NCBI GenBank assembly: GCA_048882505.1
Contig: JBHLRO010000016.1
Span: 60,001-92,000, forward strand
DNA: 32,000 nucleotides
Direction: 5' to 3'
DNA from: Candidatus Thorarchaeota archaeon
GTDB lineage: Archaea > Asgardarchaeota > Heimdallarchaeia > Hodarchaeales > Hodarchaeaceae
Shown here: positions 7,535 to 15,656 of the stretch, piece by piece
Layout: the number at the start of each line of letters is the position of its first letter
How positions within the stretch are numbered: the stretch's first letter is position 1
Program-made: the position numbers and the translations under genes
Notes under the pieces: generated by a model
What the model was told of the DNA's origin: nothing
The model's input: only the letters and a program-made list of their open reading frames with translations
The model's database searches: none

Positions 7535-9064
7535 TCAGGAGGTGTATTTTCCTCTCTCTATTTTCTGTACTACGCCCACAGCAACGGTTTTTCCCGAGTC
7601 TCTTAAGGCAAAACGACCTAATGCAGGCGATTTTGCCAATGGTTCAACCACAAGTGGACTCAATGGAGTCATCCATATCATTCCTCGCTGCTGAGGAAGG
7701 AGCTGATCCGCTTCTTGGATTTGTGTCACACGACAGGCGACTTGAGCGGTGCCACAATGCACGACAGGAGAATAATTTGTATGTATTCCCCACGCAACTT
7801 CCCCTTTCTTCTTCGCTTTTCCAAGTCCCCGAACAACAAGGACAAGAGACAAAAATCCGTCAACATTGGGTCTTAAAGCTTGCGCTGGGTCATTAGGATC
7901 ACTAAGTACTGCACCACGAATTATGTCCTTGGCTCCAACATTCTTAGCTTTGATGCTAAAGCCAATGTTGTCACCAGGAATGGCCTGGGGAAGAGTCTTA
8001 TGAAATTCCTCGATAGTTTTAACGGAGATAGGTACTGGTTCTATCGACTGTTTTGTTGGTGAAACAACCATTTCTGTGTTTGGTTTTAAGACTCCACTCG
8101 AGACACGCCCAGTAAGAACCGTACCAACGCCACTTATGTTAAGAGTCTGCTGGATTGGTAATCTAACAGGCTGTTTCATCAAAGCTTCTTTTCTTACGGC
8201 AGGAGACTCTAGGAGATCAAGAGCATCCAATAATGCGGGGCCTTCATACCAAGATAACGCATCGAAACCCGCCTTAACATCCTCGATTTCCTTGTCAAGA
8301 GAAGCTATAAATTCCGCATCTCCACTTCCAGCCTTGGCAGCAGCAACATGGCCTTCTAGGTTTTTGAGTGTAGCTTCTTTCGAAAGGAGATTAACCCCAA
8401 CCAAACCGCTAGTAGGAACATAATTGATTGCGTCTAGGTAGCGTTCTTTGTTTTCGATCTGTAGGGCACCCATTAATGTGGAAAAAGTTTGATGGATCGC
8501 AGTTTTGATCTGTTTAAACCTTTCTTGATCCCAATTAACATCATCCATCTTGTTAATTGCAACTACTATGTTGGTCACTCCAAGGGAGGTGAGAAGGAGC
8601 ATATGCTCGGTAGTCATGCCAATAACGTTAGCGTATTTACCAGTTGCCTCTCCAGTTCTTTTTGTACCATCCTCAAATTCCCCTTTCCGGGCTGATACGA
8701 CCAGGATAGCAGCATCTGCTTGGGATGCACCTGTAATCATGTTCTTAATAAAGTCACTATGGCCTGGCGCATCGATGAGATTGTAAACGTATTTCTTGGT
8801 CTTGAATTCCTGGAAAGAGATGTTAATCGTGAGGCCCCGTTCCCGTTCATCCATCAGAGGATCCAAAATCCAGGCATACGACCAACTTGCCATTCCTTGG
8901 GTTCGACTATCCTTGTAGTATCTTTCTGCGATCCGCCAAGGTTGTCTTTTCTTTTTGGGATCATGGATCTGACCGAGTAAGAACAACATGTGGCCCAGAC
9001 CAGTTGATTTTCCATGGTCGACGTGTCCTGTGACCACCAAATTCATTCTTTCGAGATCTGCCAT
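7535..9064 (-). CDS. tuf: Elongation factor 1-alpha, divergent, with insertions (likely the elongation-competent copy)
   Basis: G1 GHVDHGKST, G2 RERGLTI, G3 DAPGH, FIKNMITGASQADAAILVVSA, G4 NKMD. Conserved domain II (PVRLPIQ..ISGVGTV.TGRV, PGDNIGF) and domain III (LGRFALRDSGKTVAVG). GGTGA RBS. Confidence 0.85.
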   Translation of the reverse strand: MADLERMNLVVTGHVDHGKSTGLGHMLFLLGQIHDPKKKRQPWRIAERYYKDSRTQGMASWSYAWILDPLMDERERGLTINISFQEFKTKKYVYNLIDAPGHSDFIKNMITGASQADAAILVVSARKGEFEDGTKRTGEATGKYANVIGMTTEHMLLLTSLGVTNIVVAINKMDDVNWDQERFKQIKTAIHQTFSTLMGALQIENKERYLDAINYVPTSGLVGVNLLSKEATLKNLEGHVAAAKAGSGDAEFIASLDKEIEDVKAGFDALSWYEGPALLDALDLLESPAVRKEALMKQPVRLPIQQTLNISGVGTVLTGRVSSGVLKPNTEMVVSPTKQSIEPVPISVKTIEEFHKTLPQAIPGDNIGFSIKAKNVGAKDIIRGAVLSDPNDPAQALRPNVDGFLSLVLVVRGLGKAKKKGEVAWGIHTNYSPVVHCGTAQVACRVTQIQEADQLLPQQRGMIWMTPLSPLVVEPLAKSPALGRFALRDSGKTVAVGVVQKIERGKYTS

Positions 9065-9190
9065 TAAAATTCACCAGATTACAACGCATTTTTCACAATT
9101 AGGATTAAATAAGATGATAAAGCCGGACTTTTCGCTTTAATCCCACGAAGGAGCAAGCAAGGAGAAGGTTTATCATTTTTTTCCGAGTGA

Positions 9191-9487
9191 TCAAATAGAT
9201 AAAACTGGATAAATGCCAATAATTTTATCCAAATGATTTGTTCCTCTGATAATGGATTCTTTGAACTTACGAAGTTCTCCAGCCATCAATTTCATACAAT
9301 GCCTTTCAGCGGAATCGGAACATGCCACATATTGAGTCGTTATAAAGTTGTTGACTATGTTGAAAGTAGCCCGAAAGTGATGGTCTGGCTTAAAACCATG
9401 ACCCTCACAGAGAAACTCCCATGTACCCCTGTTTAGGGATCTACTTGAAAGATCATTTTCGAGATGTTTATCGAGTAGAATCGTCAC
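9191..9487 (-). CDS. Hypothetical protein (98 aa)
   Basis: ORF fills the gap between the TFB-like gene and EF-1alpha on the same strand. GTG start, no recognisable motif. Confidence 0.35.
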   Translation of the reverse strand: MTILLDKHLENDLSSRSLNRGTWEFLCEGHGFKPDHHFRATFNIVNNFITTQYVACSDSAERHCMKLMAGELRKFKESIIRGTNHLDKIIGIYPVLSI

Positions 9488-9754
9488 GGATATTTTAAAA
9501 CTGGTAACTATGCTGCTTATTCTCTCTTACTGCTTTCTTGGATGGCACGATAAGGGAATTTTGATTACTTCTAAGAGTTTCACGATTTAATCTCTTTTTT
9601 AGATCATTCCCCGTCTTTATTTGATTATAAGCTAACAAATCATTAATCCCCCTGAAAACAGAGGTGAATGGCACCTATATCAGCCTCCAGCTCATCATTA
9701 GGTAAGGGGAGCGGTTTTTTTAAAGATCAGTCTGTCTTTATACTGGATGATAAT

Positions 9755-10786
9755 TCAACAAATTGCCAGATCAGTCTTGTTTTGTCCAGAAAAAGATTCC
9801 ATTAGGGGTTTTGCCATGACTAGGTAATGTTCTCGAAGTGTAAATTCCGCGATATCCAAGATTCTTGCGATATGCTTTTGTGTCAATATTCCTCTTCGCG
9901 ATTGTCGTGTGTAACATTGCGGAAAAAGAGAATGACGGGCCAGCAGGATATCCGATGCAACAATAATGGAAGCAGCGAGAATAAAGGGATTCCGGCCTCC
10001 CCGGGCTAGGAGAGGAAAATTCTGCAATAATTTTCTTGCACTTAGCCTCAAACATCTAAAATACTCACGTTGGTCTTTGATTCGCCTTGCAATTCGGCGA
10101 ATAATACTTGGATCTCGCTCGAGACGAGATACTATATTTTCCAAATATTCCTCCGATTTCACATGACCTACCCGAATATGCACATGTTGTCTGATTAAGG
10201 CGGCTGCCTTTATGATATTCTTTCCTCTAATCAAGTATCCCTGGTTCTGTATCGCTGAAATCAATCGTGCTAGCTCAATATTTTCCTTTCTCGAACGTAT
10301 TGCAAGGTATAATGAACCCAAAATAAGTTCTGAAAGCTTCAATTCCTTGTACAATGAAAGATGGACTTTTTGATAGAGAAATATTGCATCAGCTTTAGCA
10401 GCATCTGTTATTTGAAGAGCAATACACATTCGAGTTAGGAGTTGATATGCTCGATACTCTCTCTGTCTTCCTTGGAAATGAAGGTAAATATCATTTATAG
10501 ATTTTAATCTTCGAAAATATCGCTTTGCAGAGATCTTAAGATTTTCTCCCTTCGCATCGTTTCTTAAACGTTTGCGATAACTACCCACATAAGTTCCTAA
10601 CGTTTTCATGTTGCTTGGGCTTTCACTTATTGATGCATATTGGCTACCAAAGCTGTTTTCCGTATTTATTAACCGAATTGCTGGTTTTTCATATATCTGG
10701 TTTGCCACTAGCCCGCAGGCCATGCACACAACATCGGACTCGGTTTGTATGAGGTTTCCACCACATTCTAGGCATTTCGAGGTCAC
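9755..10786 (-). CDS. Divergent transcription factor B (TFB/TFIIB) paralog
   Basis: Zn ribbon CLEC-x12-CMAC, two cyclin-like repeats (LILGSLYLAIR; GRNPFILAASII) and a C-terminal HTH TQKHIARILDIAEFTLREHY. GTG at 10786 with GGTGA RBS preferred over the track start at 10849. Confidence 0.85.
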   Translation of the reverse strand: MTSKCLECGGNLIQTESDVVCMACGLVANQIYEKPAIRLINTENSFGSQYASISESPSNMKTLGTYVGSYRKRLRNDAKGENLKISAKRYFRRLKSINDIYLHFQGRQREYRAYQLLTRMCIALQITDAAKADAIFLYQKVHLSLYKELKLSELILGSLYLAIRSRKENIELARLISAIQNQGYLIRGKNIIKAAALIRQHVHIRVGHVKSEEYLENIVSRLERDPSIIRRIARRIKDQREYFRCLRLSARKLLQNFPLLARGGRNPFILAASIIVASDILLARHSLFPQCYTRQSRRGILTQKHIARILDIAEFTLREHYLVMAKPLMESFSGQNKTDLAIC

Positions 10787-11228
10787 AATTTTCACCAAAC
10801 ATACCAAAATCAAACTTATATCTAAATAAAATACAGAAAGTGAGACCAAAGTGAAAGCGACCGAAAAATGAAGTTGATATGAAAGAAAAAACCTGGTAAT
10901 ACAGAAGCCTAAATATCAAATACCATTACATACAGATATTAGAGAAATATTACTGTATTACATTCTTTTCAAACCTAAGAAAGTCCCATTCTCGCCCTAC
11001 AGATTACATTATCAAATTAACGGACAGTTTTTCATGTAAAGGGATGGTTCTGGGCTTGAAGAGAGTCTTATAGTAGGATAAGGTGAAAATCTGCATATTA
11101 ACAATTTGGATCTCTGTCCTGGAGGCATTTGGTTGTAGTAAAGCAAGACAAATTTAAAATGAAAATAAAGGATCTTGAGTAAAGCTTAAAATTGACTAAA
11201 TAGCCAGATTATAGACTGAGGCGTCTCA

Positions 11229-11855
11229 TTGACAAAAAAACGCGATGTCCAATCAAGACGAGGCCAAAAGAAAAAAACACAAAGGTACATTAACTATGGC
11301 GAATGTGTTGTAGTAGATTTTTATCCTCATGGAAAATCTTTAGGCCACGATCGGGTAGAAGAAGACAATCCATTAGCTGTGGTAATTACAAACAGATGGT
11401 TTCAATTGTTTGATGTAGTAGCCACATCTAATTTGAAATTAAAAGTTTTAGATCATCTTATACTGACAACAAAAAACAAAGAGATCATATTTTTTCGACA
11501 AATACCATTCAAACAACTCTCAAATTCCGCGTTGGCTGTGCTACCAAAAATCCTTAACGATATTGTCTTTCGCTCCGAATCACGCTTCGTCTCATTCTTT
11601 AACAAAGCCCAACCTCTAACAAGTCAGATGCACCAACTGCAGTTGTTGCCTGGAATCGGACAAAAAAGAATGTGGGCGATACTTGGGGCGAGAAAAAATA
11701 GATTTTTCACCTCTTTTGCTGATTTCACTAGTCGAACGGGGATTTCAGATCCAACTTCCATTCTTGTTGGTCGCGTTTTCGCTGAATTGGAGAATAAACC
11801 AAAGTACAGATTGTTTACAAAAGAATTTAAAGGGACAAGATCTGATTTAGGTTGA
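11229..11855 (+). CDS. DUF655 / COG1491 predicted RNA-binding protein (HhH)
   Basis: VVDFYPHG, FV.FFN.AQPLT..MHQLQLLPGIG.K.MW.IL..R...F.SF.D...R; upstream of ksgA as usual. Confidence 0.92.
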   Translation: MTKKRDVQSRRGQKKKTQRYINYGECVVVDFYPHGKSLGHDRVEEDNPLAVVITNRWFQLFDVVATSNLKLKVLDHLILTTKNKEIIFFRQIPFKQLSNSALAVLPKILNDIVFRSESRFVSFFNKAQPLTSQMHQLQLLPGIGQKRMWAILGARKNRFFTSFADFTSRTGISDPTSILVGRVFAELENKPKYRLFTKEFKGTRSDLG

Positions 11856-12727
11856 AATTCACAAAGATGTTAATAGAGGGAGACCTAAAAGGCTATACTA
11901 AAATGATGATAAGAAAATATGCTATCTCTCCCCAGAAAAAATTGTCACAAAACTTTGTAGTAAAAAAGAAAGTTATAGATGCAATTCTTGCAGGAGTAGC
12001 CTTGAAATCTTCAGATAAAGTCGTCGAGGTTGGAGGTGGACTGGGGACCCTAACCTACTTTCTTCTCAATGGGTGTACCGAGGTTCTAACTTATGAAATT
12101 GATCCTCTTCTTTCGACTATTATTGTAAAAAACTTTATAGATCAGGCAAAAAAGTTAACTGTTGTATCTAATGATTTTTTAAAACAAAAAATCCCCGTCT
12201 ATCCAAAACTAGTTGCCAATCTTCCATATAACATTTCTTCGCCGTTTATTAAGAAAATTACTACTTTAGATATCCCCCCACAGACCATTGCTGTTACAGT
12301 ACAGAATGAATTCGCAAGACATCTCTGTGCAAAAGCAGGGGATGCCCATTATAGTCGCATTTCAGTGCTTCCTTCTTTTTTCTATAACTTCGAAATAAGA
12401 GAAACTTTCAACTCAAATTGTTTCTACCCCCAACCCAAGGTTAAATCAAGTCTGGTAATAGGTAAACGTACAAAACATATCCCTCCTCAGGTAAAAGAAA
12501 CATCTTTTTTCACCTTTCTCACGAATCTATTTTGTCGGAAACATAAGAAAGTGAAAAACAATCTCTTGGTATACAAAAATTCGATTGATGATTCACAAAG
12601 GAAACAGTTCAAAAGTCAGCTCAAAAACCTAGAATTTTCGACTTTCCAAACCTTGAATCTCTCCCCAGAACAGATTTTAGGCCTTTATATACAATTCAAA
12701 GAGATGATGACCGAGCTTCAGAAATGA
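11852..12727 (+). CDS. rsmA: 16S rRNA (adenine-N6,N6)-dimethyltransferase KsgA/Dim1
   Basis: LSQNF, VEVGGGLGTLT, YEID, ANLPYNISS, F.PQPKV.S motifs. Confidence 0.95.
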   Translation: MKFTKMLIEGDLKGYTKMMIRKYAISPQKKLSQNFVVKKKVIDAILAGVALKSSDKVVEVGGGLGTLTYFLLNGCTEVLTYEIDPLLSTIIVKNFIDQAKKLTVVSNDFLKQKIPVYPKLVANLPYNISSPFIKKITTLDIPPQTIAVTVQNEFARHLCAKAGDAHYSRISVLPSFFYNFEIRETFNSNCFYPQPKVKSSLVIGKRTKHIPPQVKETSFFTFLTNLFCRKHKKVKNNLLVYKNSIDDSQRKQFKSQLKNLEFSTFQTLNLSPEQILGLYIQFKEMMTELQK

Positions 12728-12743
12728 ATTGGTTTCAAATTTT

Positions 12744-13100
12744 TCAGGGAATAAACGGGTAGATTAGAGGAAGATTTGCTAGAATAAAGGGGACTGTGAC
12801 CACAAGGAAAATGATTCCAGTTACCACCAAATTATACTCAAAATCCTTCTTATGACGTAATAATTTATCTCCAAGTTGGATAATGAACACTGTTAGAGAG
12901 ATGGCACGAACCAACCACGCCACCAGCACAAGAATTGTCCAAAAAAGAAGGTCACCTGATTCAAGTAATAATTGCCAGCCGTGGATATATTCCTCCCATT
13001 GGCTTGTGATAAAAAGAAAGTTCATCATTTCCGTAAAGAAATCCCTCAAATTGCTTTTATACTCCCTAGTAATCTCTAAAAAAGCAATCAAGACTAGCAA
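12744..13100 (-). CDS. Hypothetical membrane protein (2-3 TM)
   Basis: Hydrophobic segments LLFWTILVLVAWLVRAISLTVFII and LVVTGIIFLVVTVPFILANLPLIYPFI. Fills the gap between ksgA and rpoD. Confidence 0.65.
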   Translation of the reverse strand: MLVLIAFLEITREYKSNLRDFFTEMMNFLFITSQWEEYIHGWQLLLESGDLLFWTILVLVAWLVRAISLTVFIIQLGDKLLRHKKDFEYNLVVTGIIFLVVTVPFILANLPLIYPFIP

Positions 13101-13250
13101 AAAGATTTAAAGATAACTTCGGTGAGGGTAATTTGAGTAAAATTCCTCTCTAGTGGAATTTTTGATGAAATAAGAAGAAAATCTCTAATTTTTTAGAACA
13201 TAAACCGTTCTAATGAGAGAAAATTATATTGTATTATACGGTGATAATCT

Positions 13251-14048
13251 GTGGAACTAGAGATTATCGATCAGCATGAGAACTATCTTAAATTTGTACT
13301 TTCCGGCATTACTCCGACTTTTGCCAATACTTTACGTCGGATGGTTATGAGTAACGTTCCCACGATGGCAATTGATGAAGTAATTATTATTGAAAATACA
13401 ACACCTCTTTATGACGAAATAATCTCACACCGTTTGGGGCTTCTCCCTCTTAAAACGGATTTAGACAGTTATGTGGTCCCTGAAGAATGCACCTGTGGAG
13501 GGCAGGGGTGTACTTCGTGCGAAGTTTCTTTGACCCTTGAAAAATCTGGAGAACTAGAGGTAGAAACTGTCTATTCCAGTGATTTACTGTCCCAAGATCC
13601 GAAAATAGTTCCAGTTTATCCGAATATACCAATCCTCAAGATGGCCAAGGATCAAAAAATCTTTTTAGAGGCTATTGCGCGACTTGGTCACGGTTTACGT
13701 CATGCAAAATGGCAACCTGTATCCACTGTGGCATATAAATATTTTCCAAACGTTCGTTTTAATCTAAATTGCACTTATTGTAATGATTGTGTCATCGCTT
13801 GCCCCCCAAGAATAATAAAAATCGAAGATGAGAAAATTTTTGTTACAAATGAGCTTGAGTGTACGCTCTGCAATCAATGTGTTGACGTCTGCGAAGTAGA
13901 CGCTGTGACCGTCTCGACAACTGAAGAGGATTTTATTTTCACTATAGAGAGTACAGGTTCACTTGGTATCAAAAATATATTAAATAAATCTCTAGAATTG
14001 CTTAAAAAGAAAGCAGAAGAATTTAAAGTTCATGTTGATGAATTCTAA
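13251..14048 (+). CDS. rpoD: DNA-directed RNA polymerase subunit D (Rpo3) with ferredoxin-like Fe-S domain
   Basis: ANTLRR....VPTMAIDEV.I.EN...LYDE.I.HRLGLLPL, HAKWQP, CTYCNDCVIACP and CTLCNQCVDVC clusters. GTG start. Confidence 0.97.
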   Translation: MELEIIDQHENYLKFVLSGITPTFANTLRRMVMSNVPTMAIDEVIIIENTTPLYDEIISHRLGLLPLKTDLDSYVVPEECTCGGQGCTSCEVSLTLEKSGELEVETVYSSDLLSQDPKIVPVYPNIPILKMAKDQKIFLEAIARLGHGLRHAKWQPVSTVAYKYFPNVRFNLNCTYCNDCVIACPPRIIKIEDEKIFVTNELECTLCNQCVDVCEVDAVTVSTTEEDFIFTIESTGSLGIKNILNKSLELLKKKAEEFKVHVDEF

Positions 14049-14424
14049 GGCCGAGATATCATTGAAAAAATCCAATATGACAGATCCAAACCGTTTAGCC
14101 CTCATTCGTTATTTAAGGAAGTTAAGTCAGGAAAAAAGCGGCCGCATATGGGCGGTATTGGCATCTGAATTGTCTAAACCAAATAAAAGACGTATTACTG
14201 TGAATCTATCCCGTCTAAATAGGTTAACTTCCCCCGATGAAGTTGTATTGGTACCTGGTAAAGTCCTGGCAGGTGGAGCGCTTGAACACAAACTAGAAAT
14301 TGCTGCCGAATCATTTTCCTCAGCAGCACGAGAAAAAATCAGAGTAAACGGTGGCCAATGCCTTTCTATTATAGAACTGGTTAAAAGAAATCCAACTGGA
14401 TCTAGCGTTAGGATGGTTAAATAA
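14032..14424 (+). CDS. rpl18e: 50S ribosomal protein eL18
   Basis: IW..LA.ELSKP.KR...VNLSRLNR, VLVPGKVL.GG, FS..AREKI...GG. True start may be slightly downstream (14038 or 14062). Confidence 0.96.
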   Translation: MLMNSKAEISLKKSNMTDPNRLALIRYLRKLSQEKSGRIWAVLASELSKPNKRRITVNLSRLNRLTSPDEVVLVPGKVLAGGALEHKLEIAAESFSSAAREKIRVNGGQCLSIIELVKRNPTGSSVRMVK

Positions 14425-14446
14425 ACGCACGCGCGAGGTAATAGAA

Positions 14447-14884
14447 ATGAAGAATCTATTAGAAGAAAATGCTAGCATCATTAATGCGGAAAATACAGTT
14501 CTTGGTAGGTTGGCAAGCATCGTTGCAAAGCGATTGCTAAATGGTGAAAGAATTATTATTACTAACGCTGATAAAATCCTAATTTCTGGTAATCACAGGG
14601 CAAATGTCCAAAAATATCAGCAAAGACGCAAAATAAGAACCAAATCCAATCCCCTTCGCGGCCCTTTCTACCCTCGTCAAAGCGATCAGATCGTCAGGCG
14701 AACGATACGAGGGATGTTACCACACCAGAAAGGCCGAGGAAAGGATGCCTACAATCGATTGCTAGTGTTCAAAGATGTTCCTGCTGCCCTGAGCGAAAAT
14801 ACATTTGAAGAGATTCCTGAGGTAAAGAATTTTAACCCCAAATCTCCATACCTCACATTGAGAGAATTAAGTTCAAAAATCTGA
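14447..14884 (+). CDS. rpl13: 50S ribosomal protein uL13
   Basis: INAEN.VLGRLAS.VAKRLLNGE, GPFYPR.SD.IVRRTIRGMLP. Confidence 0.97.
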   Translation: MKNLLEENASIINAENTVLGRLASIVAKRLLNGERIIITNADKILISGNHRANVQKYQQRRKIRTKSNPLRGPFYPRQSDQIVRRTIRGMLPHQKGRGKDAYNRLLVFKDVPAALSENTFEEIPEVKNFNPKSPYLTLRELSSKI

Positions 14885-14895
14885 GGATTCTTGTT

Positions 14896-15297
14896 ATGAA
14901 AAGCATCTTAAGAAGTGGCAAACGGCGGACAGCAATTGCTCGGGCAATAATCAAATCAGGCACTGGTCGTATTTTGATAAATGGAACACCGATTGAGATT
15001 ATGGAGCCAGAAATTGTGCGTATGAAGCTGCAAGAACCTCTCTATTTTCTAGATACGAAAACGCGGGAGAGTTTCGATATCAAGGTGAAAATTCAGGGAG
15101 GCGGACTTATGGGACAAGCAGAAGCTGCGAGAACGGCGATTGCTCGGGTTCTTCTCTCATGGACTGAATCAGAGCAATTGCGCGAAGCCTATACTCAATA
15201 TGATCGTCATATGATTGTTGGTGATCCACGACGTCGGGAACCCAAGCATTTCGGGGGCCCAGGGGCTCGGGCAAAGTACACCAAAAGTTATCGATAG
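14896..15297 (+). CDS. rps9: 30S ribosomal protein uS9
   Basis: SGKRRTAIARA, GGGLMGQAEAARTAIAR, GDPRRREPKHFGGPGARAKYTKSYR. Confidence 0.98.
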   Translation: MKSILRSGKRRTAIARAIIKSGTGRILINGTPIEIMEPEIVRMKLQEPLYFLDTKTRESFDIKVKIQGGGLMGQAEAARTAIARVLLSWTESEQLREAYTQYDRHMIVGDPRRREPKHFGGPGARAKYTKSYR

Positions 15298-15406
15298 GAT
15301 TTCAAGGATAGTTGAAGGGAGTCTGTGCGTCAAAAGGCCGCCACATTGCATAAAACTTATTTACAATTGCAGAAACATGGCTTGGTGTTCAAAGATTTAA
15401 CAGTAA

Positions 15407-15511
15407 GGGCCCATGGCTTAGTCTAACGGGTTCGAGAACCCTTAGGAGAAGCCTGGTTAAAGCGCTCGGCTGATAACCGAGAGATCCCCGGTTCAAATCC
15501 GGGTGGGCCCA
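15407..15511 (+). tRNA. tRNA-Ile(GAT) with a 30-nt D-loop intron; mature 75 nt
   Basis: Acceptor GGGCCCA/TGGGCCC, D-stem GCTT/AAGC, anticodon arm CTCGG-CT GAT AA-CCGAG (anticodon 15472-15474), T-arm CCCGG-TTCAAAT-CCGGG, discriminator A. Confidence 0.95.
15422..15451 (+). other. tRNA-Ile intron in the D-loop (best fit 15/16)
   Basis: Hairpin CTAA(C)GGGTT...AACCCTTAG. Central helix GCTT/GAGA (3 of 4 pairs), bulges AG|T and AG|C. Removal restores the D-loop AGCCTGGTTA. Junction ambiguous by 1-2 nt. Confidence 0.8.
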
Positions 15512-15561
15512 TATATCTACTTTTTTTCAATGAAATATTTAATCCAAGCCAAAAACATGCC

Positions 15562-15621
15562 GCAGGAGTAGCCAAGCAAACTCGATTCCAATTTGATACG
15601 CATATAAGGCTTCTGCTTAAG
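15562..15621 (+). pseudogene. Possible degenerate tRNA-Leu(TAA)-like 5' fragment
   Basis: GCAGGAG-TA-GCC-AAGC ... AAGGC-TTCTG-CTTAAG resembles the 5' half of archaeal tRNA-Leu. It lacks the D-loop GG, T-arm and 3' acceptor strand. Confidence 0.3.
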
Positions 15622-15656
15622 GTGAGGTGGAAGGATCTTCAGAAATTCTTCATTTT

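Noticed and set aside
1923-8980. Numerous 60-115 aa antisense or alternative-frame ORFs inside pan, the MTase and both EF-1alpha genes
   Set aside because: Shadow ORFs fully overlapping well-supported genes.
9668-9805. 45-aa ORF directly after a perfect GAGGTGA Shine-Dalgarno
   Set aside because: Zero spacing between SD and ATG, overlap with the 3' end of the TFB-like gene on the other strand, and no protein-like signal.
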